From positions 12,887,446 through 12,947,445 of the forward strand of contig NC_057753.1 of assembly GCF_004010195.1 (NCBI RefSeq): DNA of 60,000 nt. The letters are read 5' to 3'. Both the position numbers and the translations under genes were made by a program. Source of the DNA: Chiloscyllium plagiosum (lineage: Eukaryota). Shown here one piece after another: positions 49,113-60,000 of the stretch (within the stretch, counting starts at the first letter, position 1; each line of letters opens with the position of its first letter). The notes below the pieces were generated by a model. That model ran no database searches, was not told where the DNA came from, and saw nothing but the letters and a program-made list of their open reading frames with translations.

Positions 49113-52100
49113 TACAAAGCAAACTGAACATGGCAGTCAACCTGGCTAACTTACTCTGATAAATTTCAATGTACACTTTAACTTGAGAATTGTTTCTGTT
49201 GAATAACGTCTCAGCCAATTCTTTGGTTGTTGACATAGTCAGCAGGTGATATCCAGCAACTCATAGGGGCCGCAGTTAATTGGAGCACAGATAAGATCTG
49301 GAATCAAAGCCATTGTTGTGCCTTGAATAAATTCTGTCTGGGAGCTGGACAGTATGGAGCAAATTACTTGTAATCCTGTTGGTATCGCGACCGAAGATTC
49401 CAACTAAAGTAGCTGTGCAGTGAACTTTGAGGATAAGAGATTAATTTAAATCACGGTATAGATGAACAATGCGATTATAATGTTTTAAACTCAGCAGTAC
49501 ATTCAACAGGTTGAATGCATCGTATTATAAATACAAAATTGGCACTGATTTGATAGATTCGATGGGAAAGGCTGGATATTAGCAACAGATGTGAAATGAT
49601 GAACTATGACAGTTAATCTGTTGTATCAGAACAAAATCCCATATTGATATTAACAATAATATCATCGTCCATCATATCGTTTCTCACAATACACAACAGG
49701 CATTTTCCTGAATTTCAATCGATGCTGCTCCCTGAGGAAGCATCTGCTGCGATTGGGATAGAACAGACGCCCAACTAACGGTTGCTACAAAGTCGAAGAA
49801 ATCTGTCTTTTTTAAGTGAATTCGTCTGTATAGAAAACTCTCACCTGAAATATAAACCATGGAAGTTGCAATTTACTTCATTGTAATTTACTGGTCTATT
49901 ATTATGGTAGAGCAGGAATATTACTGGAGAGCGGTAAACAGAGATTAAACGTTGCGTGTCCAGTGGTCTGCACTGACGAATAGTCACTAGACCCGAAACG
50001 TTATCGGTCTTTCAACAGATGATGCCAGACCTGTTGCGTTTCTCCAGTAATTTGTGGTTTCGCTTCAGATCTCCAGCATGGGCAGTTCCTAACTTTATAT
50101 TATTGGAGAATTGGTTGAATTGTGATTGAATTCAAAGTACAATCAAAAGTGAGATTTTGATCACAAGGAACATTTATGCCTTTACCGAGAGTAATTGACC
50201 AACCCAAGGTGTTTACATGTTCTCGCCGACGCCAGGCGTGGAAACAGATTTCTCATTTATCTTCTCCAAAAAGAAAAACCTCTGCAGTACTTGTTTGTTA
50301 CTGGTGAAGCACATTCTAGGCATTGAACTTTACTTCGGTTGAACCTGCAGTCAAGTTCAGTTCTAGATAGCGGGGATGAATTTCTCCTTTCACAACGGCT
50401 GGGTATGTGGAATTGAAGCATGTTGTACTTTGTAAAATCACTCTGTTGTATTGAAAGGTGTTGCACTGCGGGGCAAGTACATACGCCGTGTCTGTTCAGC
50501 CCTCGCAATCAGTTCTTGCTCTTTTCCATTATTTAGGCAGTGCCTCTGAAGTAAGTCAAGACTGTACTTGATTTTAGTACTGATACCTTGTTGTCAATGA
50601 GTTTATTTTATGGTGCCTGTTGTAACTGATCTCCATTAGTCATGACTTTTTTTTGCACTGGCTGCATATTATTGACAAAAGTTTCCGTCCATAACACTAA
50701 CAATCAACAAATTGTTGACTGCAGTAGTAAAGGAACTCTATAATACAGGAAAGATCAGAACAGTATCTTGAAGACCAAACGAGCAAATACTTGTTTTTTT
50801 TGTGTGAGAGAAGGTCCAGGCAATAAATTATTGAGACTCAGTGAGAAAAAAAATCTAAATAGGGGCAGGTGACAAAAAGCTGAACGAAGCACTGGGAATT
50901 AAACAGAAGGAAAGAAAACGTTATAAATTTCGGTAAAGATAAACATACAAGCCATCGTGACACTGAAGGCTGAAGATGAGCAGCAAGTGACAAAGAGACA
51001 CTGGCAACGGTTCAGAACCATGTGGACGACGAACTAAAGAGTATCAACTGAATAAACTTTGTGAATTGGGGTCGGGAGGGAGGGGAGACATGGAAAGGCA
51101 CAAGGCGTAGAATTACAGAACATTGATTTAAATATAAAATGGAATTCCAGGGAATGTGAAAATGTAATGAAATATTATGAAAATGGATACTGATAGGAGT
51201 AAATTCAGCTATTCACTTGAAAATAAAATTTAGAGATACCGAAAGTGGTTCTTGTTTTGCATCAGAAAACTGTGAATGTCAGCGTTTTAAATAAGATCAG
51301 AGGTGTATTTGTTTCCACCACACACACAAGATTTAACAATTCCAGTGATTATTTCTATTTGAAATTTGCCCCAAGGCAGAGTGGGATGTTACTTTATGTG
51401 AATTATAACTACTCGCACGACACGACTTCCCTGTTGAAAAGTGAATGACGAGTGCCAGGAAGTTGGTGATCATAAACCTGTAAAAGAGTATGGAGACTTG
51501 AGAATGGAGTTACGAACAGAATTATTCAGAAAAAATCAGTTATTTTAGTTAACAGGGTGTTTCTAGTTTTAACAGCTGCTGCTCTCAGAAAGACAAGAAC
51601 TAGTAGCGAGTAACACCTTAAGACTATTGACTTGGGATCACGTCGCCGTCGCTATGATTTAGCTATGCAATATACTTTGGTACAAATCGTTGAGACAAAA
51701 TGCACTAGATGTGGTTTCAGATATATTTGGTGTTTCTGCACTGGAGAAAGGAAAAGAGTACATCGAAGTCTGGATAATGGGCGAACACAACTCAGTGCCA
51801 ACTCCAGTTTTATCAGACATGAATGGCAATGAACTATCAAATACTGCATTGCCAAGCAGTGAAGTCTTCACATGAACATTTAGAGGGACCTACAAAAGAT
51901 TAGTGGTGATTTATTTTCCTTATTACATTCTGCACTCATGTCTCTCCATTTTATGTAGAATGGTTCACAACTCCAGTTGCAACAGTCGTATTCACACTGA
52001 ACTGCATTAAAAATGTATATGTTTACATATGGACCCAGGTGCACAACTAAAGAAAACTGTTCCAGTGAATATTATATTCGTTAGCTACATTGGTTACCTA

Positions 52101-54468
52101 TGATTGGATCTATAACATTTAATCACATTGCTTCCATTAATACTGATTTTACTGTTCACTGTATTTCTATCAGATAAATTTCAGTAGCCATGAAATCAGT
52201 CAGGAGACACCGCCACAGCAATAATAACGATAATCATAGTGAACCAGAGATTGAAAAAGCAGGAAAATGGCCATGGTTTTAGTCTTTATGATCTCGGGTA
52301 GTTTTATCCTCTTCTACAGTTTCCCCTTTTAAAAGATGTTCTCTGATATGGTCAAACTGATACTAATTTTGGACGTTCCAGTTTTAGTGAATTACCATTT
52401 ATTCATTCTTCTTTTTGATTTTCCTAACTTAATTCATTAAATTATACAGACATGCAGAATAAATTCAGTCAAATTGGACACTGGGATAAAATGTCTCATA
52501 AAACGGTTTTTTTACATTAATCAAAGGCTAACATATGAAATCTCAGCATGAACTGTGAAATAGAATTCAAATATTTTTTCTTAATTCATGTTTTCCCAAC
52601 ACACGTTACCGTTTCCAATATATTTGCTTTTCCATTCGTATCGTCCACACGAACTTAGGAATCCATGTAAGCAGTGCTCCATTCTGACAGAGGTCAATTT
52701 TGCATACTGTCGTTGTAAACTTCCAGTTTTGTGACCAGTGTTGGTTTGCGCCTTATTTTAATAATTGTTGAGGCCTCTGGAGGCCTCCAGCTGCCGTTAT
52801 TAGTCGGTGCTGAAATATGTAAGAAGACGTTTTTCTTCAGTTAGTTGTATGGACACGACACTTGAATTCAAAGTAATGATTTTGCCATGCCAAGTTTTTT
52901 TCTCTGCATCTGGAGTCCTGCCTACACTAAATGAATTCCTCCATTATTACCCTACGCATGTCCATTTCTTAATGGCGTTTGGCCAAGTGACCCTCCGAAT
53001 GCCACATCAATATCTAAGGACTCAGTGATTTCTCCACAGGAGCAACTTATTAAATTGAAGTTGAGAATTGATTGACCCTTCTGTAACCTTCTGAGTGGTT
53101 GTGACTGAGGCAGTCACTGCCTCTGGCATGCTCAAGTGTGGCTGTGCAGGTCATTGGGTTATGCCCTCTTGGTTTTTGCCAGTCACCATCTATCACATCT
53201 ATGGCAGTGGACAAATGGGTAATAATGTGATACTAACATTAAGTAAACGATGTATTATTACTCCGAGAACCTTCTGCCACTTTGCATAGTACTGCTGCTT
53301 TTCCTGTGAGTGAATCCCTGACGATTTCAACTTTTCACTTAATGCATTCACACCATGTGGGTGTCTCTGTCAGGGGAAATTTTCCATCCTCTATTGCCTT
53401 GAAGGCTGTTAAGAATCAGCCACATTGCTCTGGTCTTAAATGTTTTGGATAATAAATGGATGTACCTTAGAAGCCTTTTAAACTATAGTATCTACCAGTC
53501 CTGCAGCCTTCAATTATCAATGGTCGTGCACACTGAGCTCCGTCTGATCTCTGTACTTCCCACAGTTCAAATATCCAACACGGACTGTCTTGCCATTTTA
53601 TTCGTTCTAAAATTAATCAAATCACTCATTTAGGATTAAATGCTATTTCCCACTGATCAGTCTTTTGATTTGCCTGTCTGTATAATTCTGTAGATTTAGG
53701 ATTTCACCTTCGTTATTTACCCTCACGTCAATTTTCTTCTGAACTATGAACTTATTGAACATTCTTCCAACATTCACTTACGTACTCATTCTCAGAAAGG
53801 AGTCTGCTATTCTATGATGGGAAGATGGATTGATTAAATGAGAGCATCGATACAGATAATTGTTGTTTTTTTTAAGTTAATTGATTTCGATTCATCTACA
53901 TGCGTTAAAAATATTTCATTAGCAAAAAAGAAGCTGGCGGTCATTGAGAGGATAATAATATGCAACATTGAGGAAAAGCACATTTTATTTCTTTGATTAA
54001 TTTGCAAATGCTGAGAGCAATATCTTCAATGTAAATAAAAGGAGAAATCCACAATTGTCTAGTTTATAAGATCGATGCACTTGGAAATTTCTTGAGTTCT
54101 GATGAAAAGGGAATAGCTTGTGCGTATTAATTGTCTGAGAAAATATGATTTGAGAGAACAATTGTAACATTAGGAGGGTAAAAAGAATCGCAAGATCTAC
54201 TTTTTCGTACACACTGTCAAGAAATGAATGGAGAATTTAAATCGTGACATTAGGCCACGAACGAGATAGTTTAGCATTTCATTCAAAAGACACAACTTTC
54301 ACAGTTCGGCAGTCCTTCCGCTCTGCAGAATAAGGAAATATTCAGAGATGGAAAATAGATCATATTTCCCTCGAGGAAGGATCTACTTCTTTCTGCTGCA
54401 ACAATGGGGAAGAGTCCTACACAACCAATTCTTGACAAGTCGCAGAAAAATCGTGCATTTGTTCTGTT

Positions 54469-56922
54469 TCACATTATAAAACAACTCATGAGTGTAACAC
54501 AGGGACACATTAACATTTTCTTTAGCTCTTTTCGGACTTTGTTCTGCGATATTGCATAAATGAAGACGTTATTACAGGAACTGAGTAACGTGAGAAAAAT
54601 GGCCATCTCTTGTAGAATGTATTGCGGGTCACTGAAATTCAGACCCGTGAAGTAACCTTCACCTGAAATACGCACATAGAGAAAACGCCCAACGTAAGTG
54701 GCCCACAGGAGTAGGAAACTAAGAGAAATGGTGAAAAGCAGAATAATAGATCTCTTGCGGTTGCTCATCTCCTGATCTCCATGAGGTTTGGCGCATCGGA
54801 GCCTCCTCCGGGCTCTGCTGACTGCCAAGATGTGTCCTGCAGTCATGGCGTTGAGTAGCAGAATGAGGAAAAACGGGAGAAAGGGGGTTAAAATCTGTTC
54901 GAACATGTCAAAGGCCTGCCAGAATGTATCTGTGTAATACGTGGACTTGAAATCACAGAACCAGGACATCCCATCCAGGATGTACAAGGGTTGGGTGTTG
55001 ATGTAGAAAGGGACATTCTTGAGACAGCAGAGGGTGCAAGCTATTCCAATGACCAGCGATGCAGTTTTCTCCGTGCAGTATTTGGTTTTCAGGCTCTGGC
55101 AGCAGATAGCCACGGAACGGTCTATTGTGAAGGCAACTGTCAACCAAACAGAGGCGTCCCGGATCGCAAAGGCCATCGTGATAATTAAACTACAGGCGGG
55201 GGTCGTGGATAGGATACTAAATCGAAAATAAATGCCGCTTATTCTGTTGATAATGACTGCAACAGTTATTACAAGGAAATCAGTCACTGCTATTGCAAGC
55301 AGGTAGTAGGTAATGCAACGAGACAGTCCACACCTTCGTCGTGATAAGATTACCATCGCCACCAAGTTGGCTGTAAAAGTAAAAAGAGAGATGGAATTGT
55401 TATGATGCACTGTCCAAATCGTAGCTAATACCGCGTTAAACAATCGAGTTTCCACGTTCAGATTTTGACCTTTGAAAGACATTGTTAATTGCTAATATAT
55501 CAAAGTTGGATTAAATATTTGTCAATACTTCGATGATTTCAAACTGTCACCAGCACAAATTCCATTCTTTGTTTCCTAATTTATTTTCTGTGCCAAAGCG
55601 TTATGCTTAAGGCAAATTAGACCATTGGCTGATCATGTTGTTACCATTCAAAGCCCAATCAAATCATCAACGTTATCAAACCAGATGTGACTGGCTTTCC
55701 CAGTTGAACAACGTCGCATGAGCTGAATTTTCAAAAGAAAACCATATTGTGATGATAACTTCATCCCTATAAAATCTTGCAACCATTTCAGCTTGCAGGA
55801 TATCTCTGACTTATCATATTTCTCGGGATAACGAGAGGGCACACAATCTCATTTCCCTCTTACGAATGCCTTCCTTAGTTGCGGTTCTGTCCTTTGCTAA
55901 AACAAAACCTTCATATTTTGAACCCTCTTCTTCAATATTGCCGGCGTTCTGTCCTACTTTAAGATGTTCAATAAAATCTGAATCTTTAATTACACTTTAG
56001 GCCAATTATGGACTTAGGTTGTTCATTTTTTTTCTGTTTAAGCTTCTGTAACACATCACATTGTATATTCTACAGTGGCTAAACGCTACATTCTCAGGTG
56101 TTAATTAGCAGTGTTAAGAAATGTTAACGCTATCGTTTGCACCACATTGTAATTAATATGAAATAGCAAAATCAAATAAAGCTGATAAACTCTTACAGCA
56201 GAAAGGCGAAACGCAGGCAAACTAAAACATCTTACTTCTTCACCCATTTCTTACACTCAATTCCACATTGAATAAGCAAGTCCATTTTAATAATGGGACT
56301 GCTGGATCGGAACTCATTCCTTAGTAACCAAGGCAGGCCCCCAAATCTCACACCATATACTGTTTGATCACTGGAATTGATTCTTTACTTCAATTCATCA
56401 AATTCAATGATTGCATGTGATAAATTATCTTCCAATTCTCTGCTAATACTCAGGCTGAAATGCATTAATTTCTTTCCAAATTATTATGCGTTCTTACTAG
56501 ATGACTTTGCAAAGTTAGAATGAAACTTAAACTTCCATAATTACCAGATGACTGATCAGATAGTGGTCAGCGAAGTTCTGAAATTTTGTAATTGCTATTC
56601 CATAAATGCGAGGCATAATGAAGTGATTATTACCGTGAGATGCTCAAACCTGCAAGTGCAAGCAATGTACGATAATTCACTTCGTAGAGTTAGAAAATCG
56701 CACCATCTATTTATACATTTTTCAATTCAATTCAGGTTCTTGACATTCAGGCAAAGTTGAATATTGAATAAGTTCCGGCCTATCATGGAAGGGAGTAGAT
56801 TATTTCTGTCCAGATTTACGAAATAAACATTACAATGTGAATGATTACTGACCAGGGACACCAATAAGAGCGACAATGGGATAACAGACTGCAAAGACAA
56901 GTCCATTTGGTGGTCCATGCAT
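54469..56922 (-). CDS. GPR139/GPR142-like class A GPCR, copy B; two exons (56853-56922 and 54469-55370), 323 aa, intact
   Basis: Exon 1 encodes MHGPPNGLVFAVCYPIVALIGVP followed by G|GTCAGT; same acceptor and exon lengths as copy A. About 24 amino-acid differences from copy A by manual alignment, with no indels. Confidence 0.9.
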
Positions 56923-56992
56923 CGTGTTCAACAAACAAAACCAACTCTTAAGTTGTCGCAGCCTTTTCTTCCAGACGCTTGAGTAATCACTC

Positions 56993-56999
56993 ATTTATA
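56993..56999 (-). promoter_or_regulatory. Putative TATA box of GPCR copy B
   Basis: TATAAAT at the equivalent position to copy A. Confidence 0.5.
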
Positions 57000-57374
57000 C
57001 CGAGTGAGAGTCTCCAGAGGACCAATTAAGTTCCAACATGCACATGAGTTACATTTCAATGACAGAATAGATTATCTCAAATCTGTAATATCGACAATGT
57101 AAGTAATTCGTCTGTATGAGTAACGTACAGCTGGATGTAAATTCTGTACTTTCTCGTTCTCACAAGCCATGACTTTATATTGTCCAGTCTTTATTATGTA
57201 TCATCGATGATGAGAGAGACTTAGCTTGTGTCATATTTCAGAGCTAAAATGAATTATCCTTTTCTTCCACATGCCCAATTATTAGATGCTTTAATGTGTC
57301 TGTATATGCATTTCTTTCATCGGTGTTTTGTATTCATTGTTTTAATTTTATGTTAACATATTCTACCGCCCTCG

Positions 57375-57572
57375 GAGAAAGTGAGCACTGCAGATGCAGA
57401 ATATTAGTGTCGAAAAGTGTGGCAATGGAAAAGCACGGCAGGTCAGGCAGCATCCGACAAGTAGGAGAAGCGATGTTTTGGACATTCTGATGAAGGGCTT
57501 TTGTCCGAAATGTCCATTTTCCTGCTCCTCGGATGCTCCCTGACCCGATGTGCTTTTCCAGTACCACACTGA
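57375..57572. mobile_element. Penelope-derived palindromic element (counterpart of 21870-22070)
   Basis: Same arms, with CTGATGAAGGGCTTTTGTCCGAAAT. Confidence 0.8.
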
Positions 57573-58656
57573 TATAAATACAATTCGTTGAGCATGATTC
57601 GCTGACAGTTGCACACAGATTGAATAGGTAAGAAAGAAGATAATTGGAAAGGTGACATTTATTGCAAAAGGAATAAAATTTAAAAGTTGGGAGATGTTGC
57701 TGCGACTGTACAAAGCATTATTGAGAGTGGGAGCATTCTTAGAATTTTGGTTCCCTCATCTGAAGAAGGATGTAGTCTTAGTAGACGCAGTTATATGACA
57801 TTAAATGGACTGATTCCAAAGATGATTGATTTGACTTATGCATGGAGATAACTCATGAATTGAAGCGTAATTGAATATTTACTAATTTCCTAGATGCATG
57901 TAGTTACAAAAGCATTCACGAAGCTTGGCACCATTCGGTACAAAGCAAAGCACTTGACTGGCATCACATCCACAAGCAGCCAATCCCCACTGACGAGAAC
58001 TGCTGCCAGCAGTGTGTGCACCTTACAAAACGCACTGCAGAAATTCACTATTGATAATTATCCAGCAACTTTCAATCTTAACACCATTTACTTTAAGGAG
58101 GACAAGTGCAGATATATGAGAACGCCACCAGCAGCAAGTTCGCTTTGATGCCACTCGCCATCCAGTCTTGGAAACATATTACCATTCTCCCAGTGACGCC
58201 CGATCGAAGTCCTGGAATTCCACTCCACAGGGCATTGTGTGTCAGCCTGCAGCACAGGAAGTACAACAAATCCCGCTGTATTGTATTCCTGCTCATCAGG
58301 TTGCCATTCAAGTGCAGTCAGCTCCCCACAGATGGATTTAACAGTCCCAGAGAGGCACAGGTATTGAGATGCGAACTTCCTGAAACATAGCAACAAATAA
58401 TTCAGGTTGGAAAGGAGAACAAGTATCCTCAAATCCGATTCTGTGATGGATTGTTGAGTCCAAGTGAAAGCTGCAGGCTATTTTCGCATTTTCTCTGTGA
58501 AACTGTTGGATGACTGTTAGAAACGTGTTAATTTAGACACGACTGGGGTTGTGCTTGACCAGCTAAGATCGCATTCGACATTGCAGCTATATCTGTCCAT
58601 GATTCTACAACACACCCAAAAAGACACGAAATCTTCCCTCTTTGGCCTACTCAGGC

Positions 58657-58947
58657 TTAATTTGACCATGGAACGGGCTGTTTTCCAACACCGCATATCT
58701 CAAAGCACAGTAACAGACAGCACCTGCGGTTGTGAGATGTATAAACTGGTCAGGGAAATTGAATTTGGGACCTTGATATCTTTGCCTTTGATACTACTGT
58801 GTTCACATGTCCTGACCCTGGCTGTTGCCAACACCATAATAAAATACTGCCACTCATTATATCAATATTGGTACAGTGTATAGTCACCTCTTCTCCTTCA
58901 GAATCAACATCTGAGGAGGACAGCTGGGCAGAATCTCCTTGACACCG
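58657..58947 (-). pseudogene. Duplicate of the 23.2 kb V pseudogene inside block B
   Basis: DSEGEEVTIHCTNID...LLWCWQQPGSG...AVCYCALR, with the same degenerate RSS (heptamer position 58689-58695). Confidence 0.75.
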
Positions 58948-59679
58948 TAATTAAGATGAAGCATTCCAAAGCAAAAAGAGAGAGAAGAGTGTGATGGATG
59001 TTGGAAATTTGAAATTAAGCCATTTGTGAAATTATGTTTTGCCAACTATTATCTTTCACGAACCCATCACGGGCAAAGCAAATTCTAAGTAACGAAATTG
59101 TCACTGCCTGCTATGTAAAAGTGGAGGTGATCTTTGAAGTCACCCCTTCTAAATCTCTCAATCAAGAATCTGCTATTATCTCTTTGGATGTTTCCGCCTA
59201 ACGTTTTTGTTTTGTGGTCCTGCTGTAATATTGTAAGTGGTAATCTGCCCGTCAGTGAAGAGAAACACCTTCAAGTGGGCAATAATGTGCAATGTTACAT
59301 AACAAATATTTTCTCTGTTAGATCCTTATTATTGTTTTCAAGCATAATGTTATTCAACAATTTCAATAGGATCAAGGAGAGTCTGTATTTTCATATACGG
59401 GTGCAACCCACATATTAACACACATCAATTAACACATTCAAAAGCAAGTCATTTCCAGGGCATGAATTGATCATCATGTACTCGACAGTCTCAGGGGGAT
59501 ATCGATAGCTATCAATATGATTCATTCCATAACCCTGTTGACAGGTTGAAATATTGAAATTCGCACTCCATCCGGGATTCTTTCCAGCTTTTATTCGAAC
59601 TGTGTAATCCAGAAATCATTCCAACTCGTTCAGAATTCCTCGATTAACCTCAATTAAACCACATAACATTGTGGCTCAA

Positions 59680-60000
59680 CAGGTGGCACTGTAGACTCAC
59701 AGTGGCAGGACCGGGTGTCAGTTCCAGTCTTGCTGGAGAGTATGTGTGCCGTTTGCACATTCTTTCAGTTCTGCCTTTGGTTTCTTCCTGACCTCCAGTT
59801 TCCTCGCACTGCCCAAAGATGGGCAGGTTAGATGGAATTGCCATACTAATTTACTAATTTGCCCAAGTGTCGAGGGATGTGCAGGTTAAGTGAATATCCA
59901 TGGGATAATGCTTCCCTAAAGGTAAGGAGAAAAGGGACGAGCCTGGTCAGGATGCTTTTCAGACAGTCCGTGTGAATTTATTGGCCTAATGAGCAGTTTC
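59680..60000 (+). mobile_element. HE1-type V-SINE, degenerate
   Basis: GTTTGCACATTCT...CTCCAGTTTCCTCGCACTGCCCAAAGATGGGCAGGTTAG. Confidence 0.7.

Larger units (their letters stand above)
49644..59341 (+). repeat. Segmental duplication, copy B (lacks the equivalent of 14052-16234)
   Basis: Direct repeat of 11744-23830 with many small indels outside the GPCR exons. Confidence 0.95.

Noticed and set aside
49360..49430. Minus-strand IFGRDTNRI resembling a J segment FGxG motif
   Set aside because: Second Gly absent and no valid 12-RSS.

Overview
Eukaryotic, repeat-rich genomic DNA from a cartilaginous fish. The repeat families (HE1-type V-SINE, shark-type CR1 and Penelope elements) suggest a shark; the species is not determinable here. 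The window is a decayed T-cell receptor alpha/delta-like V-segment array with about 12 V relics in both orientations. They show leader exons, V-domain motifs and, where recognisable, 23-bp-spacer RSS, and none is intact. Interleaved with them are three two-exon GPR139/GPR142-like class A GPCR genes on the minus strand: two intact 323-aa paralogs and one pseudogene split by a Penelope insertion. The two intact GPCRs lie in a ~10-12 kb segmental duplication (11744-23830 vs 49644-59341) that also carries a V pseudogene. Other content includes nested CR1 LINEs, two inverted Penelope-like elements with target-site duplications, Penelope-derived hairpins with hammerhead-ribozyme cores, a Gypsy LTR remnant, SINEs and microsatellites. 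Most short ORFs in the supplied track are spurious or transposon fragments.
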